From the NCBI GenBank assembly GCA_029717555.1, contig JAMDHS010000029.1, forward strand, positions 124,001 through 188,000: a DNA stretch of 64,000 nucleotides, read 5' to 3'. Below, one piece after another: positions 12,369 to 24,907 of the stretch. The stretch is from Peribolospora baueri (taxonomy: Eukaryota). Position 1 is the first letter of the stretch; each line of letters opens with the position of its first letter. Under the pieces are notes generated by a model that ran no database searches, was not told the origin of the DNA, and worked only from the letters and a program-made list of their open reading frames with translations. The translations under genes were made by a program, and so were the position numbers.

Positions 12369-12583
12369 GCTGGTTCGTCCTCTTCTTCACGACCGGACGT
12401 GCCTTGGAAAGGGCGAGACGACGCCGTTGGTTGAGGATGGTGTGCGGGGTGCGAGAGCAGCGTTGCGGTCGCCACGGGCCCGACCACTAGATGACATACC
12501 GCAGCAATCGGACCGCAGTACTTCAGACCGCTGGGCGCCTTCGGCCTCGTCGTCCAGCACTCCTCCATCTCCCCCGGACCAAG

Positions 12584-13420
12584 ATGACCCCACCAGCACC
12601 GTCTCTGCGAGCCCCAACCACCCTCTCCCTCTCACTATCTACCTCCGCTCGAGCCGTGCGGCCGGCTTCGAAGGCGGCATCCTGCGGCCTTCGCTCCTTC
12701 TCCCCGCGCGCCGTGCGCCCTCCAAGTGGTCCTCCCTCCTCGTGTCCTCGACGATCCTTCTCCTACTTCTCTCCCGCGTTATCTGAAGCTAAGCAATTCC
12801 CCCCGCTCATCGGACGGCACCGTGCCTTCCCGGACGACTTGTTCGGCATCAACGCCAGCGCAAAAGTCATCCTTCGCGACTACAAGGCGCAGATGGCCAA
12901 GGGCCGCACGAGCTATGACCTCCATGTCCACGACGATGGGCTGGTCCACCCGCGGCCCGGACCGAACTTTGAGGGTGAGTAGAATGGACGGAGACGGTTT
13001 GAAATCCTTCCTTTTTAACCATTGGTTGTCCTGACCACGACACTCCTCGGTCGAAGGCGCCTAGGGCCCAATGGGGCGTCCATGCGGCCGAACGGTCCCA
13101 TGATGTAAGAGGTCGTCCGCAACTTCCGGGCAAGAACACAACCATCTACCTTATCAAGAAAGGTGGTATACCCGACCACCTCATCATTCTTTCTTTCTTC
13201 ATTATCCAGCCACTCCTCACCTCATTTTTGTCTTCCTCTAGGAATCGAACTCCCTCCGGAGCTCGTGCTGCTGCACGAGCACTCGGACCACTTCTCCGTG
13301 CAGTGTACTCGTCCCATGACCCTGGCCGAGCTCAACAAGCGCGTGACCGCGTTCATGCAGGAACATGGTGAGGCCATGACCAAGAACGAGTTCTGCGAGC
13401 GCTACCCCTTCCAGCCTTAG
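12584..13420 (+). pseudogene. Tse2-like ADP-ribosyltransferase-fold protein with an in-frame TAA at 13106-13108 (pseudogene or null allele)
   Basis: Exons 12584-12974, 13065-13162 and 13242-13420 give ...VILRDY...GRTSYDL...DGLVHP...FEGPNGASMRPNGPMM*EVVRNFRGKNTTIYLIKKGIELPPELVLLHEHSDHFSVQCTRPMTLAELN..., a motif pattern I recognise from fungal Tse2-type ART proteins. Confidence 0.7.
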
Positions 13421-14078
13421 ACTTCAACCTAGACAAGGCAGACAAGGTGTGGTATAACGTAGACGCCGTGGATGGGATGGACGGCAGGTAGGTGGATTGG
13501 CTCTGAGGAGGGGGATGCTGTGTGGAGAGCCGTGTAGGTATGAAAGTGGGAGAACCAGACGGAAGGAACCGTGGGTATGTACTCAAGAATGGCATGGTGC
13601 CTCGCTTTATGACGAGTCGGCGAGCCTCACGTGTGGTTGGACAGGTCGCGTACGAAACGTTTTTGAGAAGGATGCATTTTGCATATGGGTGTCGAGCGAC
13701 GAATCGACTTTGTCACTGCGCTCGTCTCGTCTTCCCTCCACTCTGACTGGGGTTCCACCTGGCGGTCGAAACGCTGCCAGTAGAGGACAGACTTGTGATA
13801 AAAGCTGGGGGCTTGCTGGGCGACATCCGTCGGACCCGCGACTGGCCTTCTGAGCGCGGGCATCCGCCGCTCTAAGATAGCAAACTGCTTGGAACGGGAA
13901 TCGCCCTAGTGATTGTACAGAGTAGTGTGAAGATGAGTTCATCGTCGTTGAACAGTTTGAGGAAGTATCCGGGCCTGAATGATAAGGCCGGACGGAGGTG
14001 CCGCAGCGATTCCTCGATCGGTCGTTGTGCTGGGACGAGCGATTCGTCTTCCTCCCTTCCACCACCTCGAAGGCGATC

Positions 14079-15066
14079 ATGCTGAACGCGACCATGTACC
14101 GCACCTTCGCTCCCCGGCTGATAACTCGTAAGAGCCCTTCGTTGGTTGCGGGGAATGGATTGAGAGCAATCAGCTCTACCCCGTCTTCGTCAAATGCGAC
14201 AGCGGCGCCCAGGAAGGAGGAGACAGTGGCGACGGAGAGTCTGACTTGGCAAAAGTGTGAGCGATGAAGTTACCCGCTCGTGGTGGTCCGTTTTGAGGCC
14301 CCTTCTGACCTTATCCTTGCCTTGGCTCCACCTGCCATCCTTGTCTTTGGGAACGCTTTCGGCAGACTTGGGCCTCCGCAAGACGCGCCGGAGGATTGAG
14401 GTGCTGTCGGCGATCCCGTCGACCATGCTCGGCGCCGCCCTCGGAGGGTCCTACTTTTTCAACCTCGAGTCGGACCAGCCCATATTCGGCGTGCGTCTAA
14501 TCTTCACTCAACTACGGTGTCTGTAGCGTTCCCTGACGTCCTCTTCATTCTTGCCCTCCTTTTTTTGTCAGTTTGACCCGTTCCTCGTCAACATTGTCGC
14601 GACGCTGGGCTGCACTGGTGAGTCGGCCAGTTTTCACGCTTGATCCGTGACCCTCGCCTAACATTTCCCTGTCGCCTCACCCGACCAGGCCTCGGCTACC
14701 TCATTGGACCCACCTTTGGCGACGCGCTTTTCCGGTTAGCACACCGCTCCCAGCTGCATCAGATCGAGGCGCGCGACAAGACGTTTTCGGACCACATCAA
14801 GGCCAACCGGGCCGATCCCAACGAGAGCAGCGTCAACAATCCGGTGAGCGATGTCTCCAGATGTCACTTCCTCTGGTCCATCCCGCTTTTTTTGCTTGTC
14901 TTTCGCTCAATTTTATCCCCTTGCATGTTCGCCTCAGATTCCCGACTATTATGGCGAGAAGGTAGGCTCGCTTAGGGACTACAGGAGGTGGCTGCGCGAT
15001 CAAGCCGCCTTCCGACGCAAGGCGGGCGACGAGAGCTGGGAACGGAAAACGCGGGGCGAGAGGTGA
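14079..15066 (+). CDS. PAM17: Mitochondrial presequence translocase-associated motor subunit Pam17
   Basis: Presequence-like N-terminus, [62 protein letters not shown]. Confidence 0.92.
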
Positions 15067-15706
15067 ACGTCGCGGGGATGCGCATGTACGTACATAATCC
15101 GCGAGCAAGGCATATCGTCCATGTCCATGCCGGCGGTGCGTGTCTGCTCAGACGCTGGCTGTCCCACTGGAAGCGATCGTCCGACATCGTCGGTCGTCGG
15201 TCATCGCGCGGCCCGTCCAGAAAAATCAGTCGCCGCGCGGGGTCGCGAGGTGGTTAGCGCGGGTCGTAGATCTCAGACCGTCCATGGGCGTCGGTTTGTT
15301 GCTCAGAAGAAGGACGTTTGCTTGTTAACTCCGCTGCTGCCGGTGGCACCGGTGCGTGCTGTCCTGGCCTCGTTCGTTTGTTCGTCCGTACGCGGAGAAA
15401 AAGCACCTTGAATCTGAAAGGCGGGAGCGTCCTCGGGGAGCCTCTCGACTAGAGACGGCGTTTCCTGTCCACGTGGACGGTGAACCGGTTGAGGACAGAC
15501 GCCGTCGGCAAGACGAGGCGGGACAAACGGTGTTGACGGATGTATGCGAGCGATCGGGGAGAAGAAATGTCGAGGCAGGCGCGACGACAAAGGGAAAGAA
15601 GGACTCGGCCGTTCCCGTTCCCGCCGCCACCGTCACCCATCACCATCTCCCTCACCTTCGCTCCCAGCAGCTCTGTCCAGCAGGCGCCGCCCAGTCCGCT
15701 GCTCCC

Positions 15707-17513
15707 ATGAACGGTTTCCGTCTGCTGCAGACGCCGTCCTTGCGCCTCGCCTGCGTCGCGCCCGCCCGCGGGCAGCGTCGCCTCCGTCCCAATCGCGTCC
15801 TCGTCCTCACCCTCGGCCGAGCGAGCTACTCGTCCGCCGCGGCCGAAGAGCGAGGTGTCGACAACGACGACGTCGTCACCGCGGAGCGCCTCCGCCATGC
15901 ACCCTTTCGCTTCATCACCGGCTTGTCCTTTGCCGCCAAGCCGCGGATCGAAGAAGAGCTGCCGGACGAGTTGGCTGGCGCGGATGAGGTGCAGGGCCGG
16001 GAGGGCGGTGGCGGTGGCGGTGCGGCGTCGAGGGAGGAGCGGGAGCGACACGAGGCAACGCGTTTGAAGCGAAAGAGGAGGAAGGAGAAGAAGGAGATTG
16101 GGTTTGCAAAGGACAGCAAGATCGGCAGGTGGAGGGACAAGCTGCTCCGCGGCGGCGACGCGGGCGAGGATGCGCTCTTTTGCACGACCATGAGCGGTGG
16201 CAGGGTGAGTGAGGAAGCGAGAGAGCATTCGTATACACCACCCTCCGCCGCTGTCGCCGTTGCGTTGCGTTGCGCTGCGTTGCGCCCGCGTTTGCGATCG
16301 GAACGGCGTTGACGAGCTTGGCTGCATCTTTGGCAGGACGTCGCGTTTGGCGTGGCCGACGGCGTTGGTGGCTGGGCCGAGTCGAACATCGACCCCTCGC
16401 TCTTCTCCCAGGCCTTGCTCTTTCACGCCTCTAAAGCGGCCGAGTTGTACGCGGCCGACGACGACGCGGACATTGACCCGGACGGTCGAGCGGCGTCGCC
16501 GATGCCAGCGCAAGCAACGGCGGCGCGCCGCCTTGTCCCGGCGGGCGACCCATCGTCGCTGCTACGATCAGCGTTCAAGAGCGTCCTCAAGGAGCCGGGA
16601 GTGGTGGCGGGCTCGAGCACGGCGTGCATCGTGACGCTGGACAGCACCAAGGGCCGATTACGCGCGGCCAACCTCGGCGACTCGTCCTTCGTCGTCCTAC
16701 GCAACGGCCATGTCGTACTGGCGAGCCGGCCGCAGACGTACTCGTTCAACTGTCCTTTCCAGCTGGCCAAGTTGCCCAGGAGCATGATCCAGGCGGGCAG
16801 CATCCAGAACGGCCCGGGGGACGCGGACAGGTACAGCTCGACGGTCAGGGACGGTGACCTGGTGATCGTGGGCACGGACGTGAGTGGGCCGGGTCGAGCC
16901 GGGGCGAAGCGAAGTGGACGTACCGTGAATCTGTATGAGGCAGGGTGATAAGCTGGGCCGATCTCTCATCCCGCTTTTTTCTTTCTTTTCGCCTTGGTCG
17001 CACCATTCCGCAGGGCCTATTCGACAACGTCTTCCAGGCCGAGGTGATGGAGGTAGAACGATACGTGCGCAACATCCTCGCGGCGGGCAAGGATCGTGAC
17101 GAGCAGACGTTTGTCCAGTATTTCGCCGACTAGTGAGTCCGTCCGTCCGTCCGTCCGTTCGCCCCGAGTGGCCCGGCAATGGGCACAACAAGAATTTATG
17201 GGTCCTTCGTACAGCAAAGTTTGACGACGGTGCGGCTCTTTCTTTTTCGGACGACCGCGCAGCCTCGTATCATACGCCAAGGTCTGTCAAGCGCTGGTGG
17301 ACAAGCGGTCGCCGTTCGAGAAGGAGGCAGAGGCGCACGGACTTCGGTACCCGGGCGGAAAGGTGAGCTGAGCCGGCGGGCGTTGTTGGGCGCACGCACG
17401 AGCGAAGGAGGGAGGGTGCTCGACTCGACTGACTCTTTTCTTGCCGGCGTACACGCTTCGTTTCGCAGGTGGACGACGTGGCGGTCGTCGTGGCCCTCGT
17501 GGTGGAACAGTGA
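15707..17513 (+). CDS. PTC7: Mitochondrial PP2C-family phosphatase Ptc7
   Basis: GGDAGEDALF, FGVADGVGGW, GSSTACIV, ANLGDSSF, QTYSFNCPFQL, VGTD|GLFDNV, GGK|VDDVAVVVALV; TGA at 17511-17513. Confidence 0.9.
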
Positions 17514-19393
17514 ACCTGCTTGCTTGCTTGCCGCCGCCGCCGGACGATCCTCCTTCCTCCTTTGCGCTCTCATCGATCCATCTCCTTTCTACATCACTAG
17601 CACTAACACACATGCGTTCGCTCGCTCCTTTGAGCGGCGTTCACTGCGGAGCGGAGCGGGAGGAGGAGAAAAGGCGGGCTGGGCCGGACGATAGAGCGAT
17701 GGCGTGCGGGCGTCGACAGTGGACGGCGTCCGCGTGCGCTCGCGGTGGGTACGGCGCTGGGCAGGGCTGCGCGGGCAGCAGGACAAAAGCGAGAGGTTAG
17801 TGGTGACTTTCGGTCCGTAGTCAGTGTAGTGTGTCCGTCTATCTTGCGATATGGAATGTAAGTAGAGGGCGTGGAAGAGCATGAATAGACGCGGTGCGGT
17901 CCATCACCGCTTCTTTCCTCTTCCCTTCGGCCTCGTCTCGGCGGAGAGCGACATAGAAGGAGGTTTGGTGTAGCGAAGGATCGATGCGATGGATGTATGT
18001 ACATGATATGCTGTACGACGGTCGGGCGGGCGGGCGCACGGTGTGCTTGCTACGCCCATGCGCACGTTTTCCAATCAAGACGAGAAGAGATGTCCGAGGG
18101 GCGTTCAAGAAAAGTGGAGGTGGTGCAGGGGCGACGAAGCCAGCCAGCCAGCCAGCCAGGCAGCGAGTCGCGCAAGGCAAACCCGCAGGTGAGCAAGCAA
18201 GCAGATGAAGATCAGATCAGATCAGCAGCAGCAGCAAGATCAGATCGCTTGCCTCTTTTCTTTCTCTTGCGCCGGCGGAGGCGACCGCAGCTTCTTGGCA
18301 GTGATCGGTCAGTCAGCGAGGAAATGAGAGTCTGTAGTCAGTGAGTGCGTGTTGGCGACGTCGTCGAGACGGCCGAGCGAGGACGAGCACTGCCTTTCGT
18401 CGTTGTTATCATTGTCGTCGTCGTCGTCATCGCTCCCTCTCTTTTCGCTCGGCGTCGTTTGCATTGCGCAGGCAGCAGCAACCGCACCGACACAGACAGA
18501 GACACCGCGGGCTGGGCGAAGTGCGTGGGTCGTCCATCTATCTCTATTTCTCATCGTTCCTCCGTCTTCCACCATATATCTCTCCTCTTGTCGTCTCGTC
18601 TTCTCTCGTCTCCCTGCCCGCCTTCTTCCACAAGCCTCCGGAGCGTGTGCGGCAGGAACGACGACGACGACGACCACCACCACCTGCCCATCTCCTTCCT
18701 TCCTAGCCTCAGATCGCGATCCGCACTCAGCCGGAAAGCCCAGCGGCCAGCCTAGCCTAGCGGATCTTCCTTCCTGGCCAAGCCAAGCCAGCCAGCGGCG
18801 AGCAAGCAAACAGAGAGGCAAGCAAGCGATCAAGCTAGCGATCAAGCAAGCAAGAAAGCAAGCAAGCAAACAAGCAGCCCCCGCCGTCCATCCATCCACC
18901 CGTCCCTTGTCACCCGTCGCCCGTCACCCGTCCGTCCATCCATCCATCCCTCCATCCGCACCCGCAGCGTCCCGCCGGCCGTCGCCGTACCTTCCCGCCT
19001 CTCGCCCTCGCCCATTCCGCATTCGACGCCGATCTTGATCTTGTCACTTGCGCCCCCGAACCCGGACTCGCTCGCCTTTCTTCCGCCGCGCGTGGCTTGA
19101 CCACGTTCCCTCCGGTGACACACTCATCTCACTCCACCCGCCCTCCGTCATTCCTCCATCTCCATCTCCATCTCCTCCCTCTCTCTCTCTCCCCCCCAAC
19201 CCATCGCCACTTCACCCTTGCGCCGGCCGATCTCACCTCCCTCTCCTTCTCCGCACGCACTCTTCCTTTCTTCGCCCTTCACCGACGACCCGACGTTGGC
19301 AATCACTCACGCGCGCCGGCGTAGCAAAGTCACCTCCTACCTGCCCCTCCATCCTCCCCACACCTTACCCCCATCCGATCGTCCACCGAGACA

Positions 19394-22300
19394 ATGAAGT
19401 TCGGCCGCACGATCAAAGCGTCCCTCTACTCCGAATGGAGCGCCCACTACCTCCGCTACTCCGAGCTCAAGAAGGACATCAAGTCCCGCCTCCGTCGTAA
19501 CCGCGGTCACCAGTGGACTGACGCCGATGAGGCCGCTTTTCTTGAGCAGCTTAAGAGGGAGCTCGATAAGGTCTATGCCTTCCAGAGGGGCATGGTGTGT
19601 TTTGCCTTTCCTCCTTTTTTGCGCCCAGCCACATCATTTCTCATTCTTCCCCTTCCCTTTCCCCCTCGCAGATCTCCGAGCTCACCGAGCGCATTCAGGC
19701 CGCCGAGGAAGAGGTTCGCCAGCTCACCTCGTATCGCGACTCCCGTCCGGCCAGCGAGGACTCTTCCTCCGGACCCGCCTCTCCTGGCGGTACGGGCCGT
19801 CGAGCTCGCCTCGAAGGCCCCGCCACCGCCGCCGCAGAGGAACAGAGGGAGAGCGAGAGGGCGGAGGAGGAGGTGGAGGTGGAGGAACTGCCACGCCCGG
19901 CCGAAGACGCCGGCACGGACGACGAGCTGGATAGCGACGGCGACAGCGAGGGCGATTTTGTCGAGGAGCGTTTCCAGGACCTCGAGGAGAGACTGGCCAT
20001 CATCATCGCCGACGTCCACGACCTCGCCCTATTCACCAAGCTCAATTACACCGGCTTTCGTGAGTCCTCTCCCTTGCCTTGCCTTCGCATCGGCCCTCGA
20101 GACGCGCCTCTCACGCCTCGCTTCGCCTCCAATCTCGTCGCCTTCCAGAAAAGATTGTCAAGAAACACGACAAGCAGACCGGCTGGTTCCTCCGACGCGA
20201 GTTTGTCCAGCACTACCTCTCCAAGCGGCCTTTTTACAAGGAGAACTATGACGCTCTGATCGTCAAACTTTCCAGGCTCTTTGACCTCGTTCGCACCCGT
20301 GGCCATCCCGTGCAGGGCGATAGCGGCGCCGGAGGCAAGCAGAGCGCGTTCGTCAGGCAGACGACCAAATACTGGGTGGGCGTCCCGTCTAGCCGTCTGT
20401 CGGTCGGGTTACAGAGAGCGGACGCGTGCTTACGCATCCATATACCTTTTGTTTTCCTCTCCCGTTTCCTTCGCCGACGCGTAGGTCCACCCGGACAACA
20501 TCGTCCAACTCAAGCTCGTCATCCTCAAACACCTCCCCGTTCTCGTCTTCAACCCAGACAAGGAATACGAGCCGGCCGACTCGGCGATCACGTCGATCTA
20601 CTTTGATAATGAGGATCTTGAGCTTTACCTCGGTAGGCTGGAGAAGACGGAGGGCGCGGAGGCTATTCGATTGAGGTGGTATGGTGGGATGGATAACAAG
20701 CAGGTGAACAGCGGTCGATGGATGGGGACCGTTGGATTTCCGTTGGAGGCCTAGCTCACCGCTCGTTTGTCTCGTCTCTCCGATCCGACGCCCGCAGATT
20801 TTCGTCGAGCGCAAGACGCACCGCGAGGACTGGACGGGCGAAAAATCGGTCAAGGCGCGTTTCCCGATCCAGGAGGAGAACGTGAACGCGTTCATCCGCG
20901 GCGAGTACACCATCGACGAGACGCTGGATGAGCTGAAGCGAAAAGGTAAAAAGTCGGATAAGGAGATTGAGGGTATGCGTCAGCTGGCGCACGAGGTGCA
21001 GTATGCTATTCAGAATAAGAAATTGCAGCCTGGTGAGCCCGTCTCCGTGTCTTCCAAGCCCGGAGGGAGCATATCACCGACTTTTTTCCTCCTCCCCCCC
21101 CCCCCAAGTCATGCGCAGCTTCTACAACAGAACCGCCTTCCAGCTTCCCGGGGACGCGCGCGTGCGCATCTCGCTCGACACCGAGCTGACGCTCGTGCGC
21201 GAGGACAACTGGGACGGCCGTCGGCGGGCGGGCGATAACTGGCGGCGGACGGATATCGGAATCGACTGGCCGTTCGAGCAGCTTCCGGCCGAGGATGTTG
21301 AGCGGTTCCCCTATGGCGTGCTCGAGGTCAAGCTGCAGACGCAGATGGGGCAGGAGCCGCCGGAGTGGGTGCGGGAGCTGGTGAACAGCCACCTGGTGGA
21401 GGCGGTGCCCAAGTTTTCCAAGTTTATCGAAGGGTGCAGCAACCTGCTGTCGAACCGCGTCTCCCTCCTGCCCTTCTGGCTACCGCAGATGGACGTCGAC
21501 ATCCGCAAGCCGCCCACGCGGTCGCTCGCCATCGAGCGTCCGGGCTCGGCCAACGCGTCGGCTGGCTCGGTGTCCGGTGGGTCATCGCGCGAACAGACGC
21601 CGAAGAGGGTTTCGCCCGCGTCAAGCTACATCGAGCCGTTGAGCGAGGACGAGGGGGAGGAGGACGACGGGCACGGTTGGTCCGCCGCCAAGGAGGCACA
21701 GGGCGACGAGGACGAGCGGCTCGGGTTTCCCAAGGGAGACGCGAGGGCCAAGGCGGCCAAGGAGCTGCGGGAGAAGGAGAAGGAGCGCAGAGGGCGCGGC
21801 AAGGGCGCTACGGAAGGCGACGAGGCGGCGGCGTCGGCGGAGGAGGAGGAGGAGGAGGAGGAGACGATGATCGCCGGCCGCGAACGAAACAGGAGCGCGG
21901 ACGCGGACGTGGACACGGCTCTGGACACGTCCGACATCGGACCCCTCTCGACGAGCGTGGCGTTTGACAAAAAGTACTTTTCCAAGCTGACGCCTCGGAA
22001 CTTGCAGAAGCTGTTTCGAGCAAAGTACAGTCGGGATGCCGAAGAGGGTGTTGGTGGGGGTGGTGGTGGCGATGGCGGCGGCGGTGACGGTGGCACCGGG
22101 GACGGGCGGGGAGAGCCGGCTCGGGATGAGGAGGAGGGTGGGCCAAGATCGGAAGGGGCGGAGGACGGGTCGGGGCAGGTGGAGTACGTGAGCGACTTTA
22201 GGATGGAACAGGGCAAGAAGATCTCGGTGCCGATCCGCGTCGAGCCCAAGGTGTACTTTGCGAGTGAGTGCGTCGGACGTGGATCGCAATAGCTTGAGGA

Positions 22301-22744
22301 GATGTACTGACTGACTTGGCTTTACTTGACCTGCCCTCGCGTACGGCCAGACGAGCGGACGTTCCTCGTGAGTAGTCATTCAGTCACTCGAAAAAGAGCG
22401 ACGGGACAGGCGCTAATCACACGTACACGTCCCTCTTTCCTCTCCCGTCGCAGAAATGGCTCGAGTTTTCCGTGTTCCTCTCGTCGCTCGCCGTCGGCCT
22501 GCTCAACTTTACCTCGCCGTTCGACCACGCTGGCCTGGTGACGGCGACGGTGTTCACGATGTTGGCATTGACGGCGATCGTCTACTCGTCTGCGCTCTTC
22601 GTTTGGCGGGCGGTCAAGATCCGACGGTTGGAAGCCACGACGCTGTTCCACGATAAGGTGGGGCCGAGCGTGCTGTGCGCCGTGCTCGCTGCGGGCGTGA
22701 TCATCAACTTTGCGCTGAGGCTTGCGGAGAAGAGGGGGCAGTGA
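19394..22744 (+). CDS. VTC4: Vacuolar transporter chaperone 4, polyphosphate polymerase (SPX + VTC + 3-TM DUF202)
   Basis: MKFG SPX start, [102 protein letters not shown]. Confidence 0.96.
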
Positions 22745-24907
22745 AGGGGGTGAAGACGGAGGACGGGCGACGAAACGAACGAACGTGGTTTTTCTTCTTT
22801 TCGTTTTCCTTCCTATCGTCCTCCTTTCTTCCTTCCTTCCTTACTTCCTTCCCTCCTTCTCGGCTTTCTCCTTGTAAATCCCTCGCTTCGGCGCATGGCT
22901 CGCTTCATAGAGAGGGGCCGGCTCGATCGTTCACCAAGCAACGTGGGTATCATACAAACGCACGTGGTTGTCTATAGGGGGGTGGAGTCCACTCGCAAAC
23001 GTGTTGCCAAGCTAGCGCAGTCATGGTGTAAAGACGGAGTAGGGCGATATGACAAGCAAGCGGGCGGGTCTCTAATTATTATTCCCCTCATGTTATTTCC
23101 CTTCGCCTCAGTTCGCACACATCACGCCGCGGCCGGACTGTGTGTGCTCTCTTGTATGTATGTGGGTGTGCGTATGTATGTATGTACTACCGGTGGGCGG
23201 TGCTGCTGAGTTTGCGAGTAATCGCCGAGTCGTCGGTGTCGTTGTCGTTATATATGGGTTAGGGCAAGGGCAAGGGCAAGGAAGAGAAAAGCGGTACCGG
23301 GACGGGTGGAGCGGCTATATGAGCCGCGGTCGAACACATGTCGCCGTCTTTTATCCGAAAGGCCGCCGTGTGCCGCCGGCCGGGCTTACTGGCTGGCTAG
23401 CTGGCTGGCTGAAGTGTCTGCACAAGAAAGCAATATCGGTTCGGTCGGTCGGTGGTAGTAGTGCGGAGGAAAGGCAAGGCGCGGTCCGACTCGTTCGTCG
23501 GCTCCACTTTCCTCCCGCCCTCCCTCCGTCCGTCTGTCCGACCAAGGTGGGGCTCGCGGTGTTGTTGGACGTCGGTCGACGTCGGAACGTCGGCGGGAGG
23601 TCAAGTCAGGTCAGTGGACTAGGAACGGCAAGTGCAGGTGCGAGCAAGTGCGAGCCGGTCGCTGGATGGTTCCTGTCTGTACTCGGACATCGTACCCGTC
23701 GTCGTCCAGTTCCGTCCAGTCCAGTCCAGTCCAGTCCAGTCCAAGCCGTAGTAGTAGCTATATGAGCTAGCATGGGACGACCCTGCCAACGTGGTCCGAC
23801 ACGGACGGTAGATATTTTCTTATTTCTTTCTGGCTGCTCACGTATTTTATGGATCCGCGTGCGCGTGGCCTCTCGGATTCGCACACCACTTCATCCACCT
23901 TCCCACCGAGCCGCCGCCCACCACCACGTGAGGACGGCGATGGTGAAGTGGAGTCGAGTCGAGTCGAGTTAGTCGGGCGAGGCCAAGCGAGACGAGGCGA
24001 GCGAGTTGGCGGCGCACCGCATCGCATGGCGTCGCATCGCATCGCATCTCATCTCATCTCATCCCATTCCATCCCAGGTGCGCCACGTCGTTCGTCTTTC
24101 TCCTTCTCCTTCTCCTTCACCGCCCGGGGCGGAGTCGAGTCAGTCTGGAAGAAGCGCCGACTGGGCGAAGGAGATGACGAACGAAGGACAGATAGACACA
24201 CACACACGCATCTCGTGTAGATCCACTCCAATCTAGTCCTTGCTGCTTGGTGGTTAGCACGCGCGAACAGACAGCCGGCCAGCGAGCGAGTCAGCTGTCG
24301 GTCCGAGGATGCGAGCGACGGCGACGAGAAGAGATGAATGAAAGAAGGGGGAAAGAGAGCAGAGAGAGACAGAGAGGACGGAGGGAACAGGGCTCGGCGG
24401 CGACGCGAGCGAGTCGGCGCGAGAAGAAAAAAAAATGAGTGAGAAGAGACGACGTCGAGTGAGAACGACAGACGAACGACGAACGACGAACGAAACGACG
24501 GCACCGTCCGGAAAACTAAAGCTGCTCCCGGCACCGGCACCACCACGACCACCTCCGCCGGCGCAAGCGGTTTAGCCGCGACGACGACGACGACGACGAC
24601 GACGGCGACAAGACGGCGACGACAACACGACTTCCACTTCCACCTCGACCTCAACGTCAACGTCAACCTCGACCTCGACCATCATCAACTCCACCCCCGT
24701 CGACGCCCCTTTTCCTCCTCCTCTCGCCCCCGTCCCCCTCCTCGCTCCCCTCCCTCCTCCCGTCCTCCTCACCCGCTCGGTCCGCCCTGAACGAGACACC
24801 GTAGACCGACACACCGATACCCGCACCCGCAATCGATCGCTCCGTCGCCCAAAAATTCCGACGAGCTAGGACGACGAGACGGACGAACGGACGAACGACG
24901 GACGGAG

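Noticed and set aside
13106..13108. TAA reassigned to Gln (alternative genetic code)
   Set aside because: TAA terminates VAMP7 in this window, and no other conserved gene shows an internal TAA.
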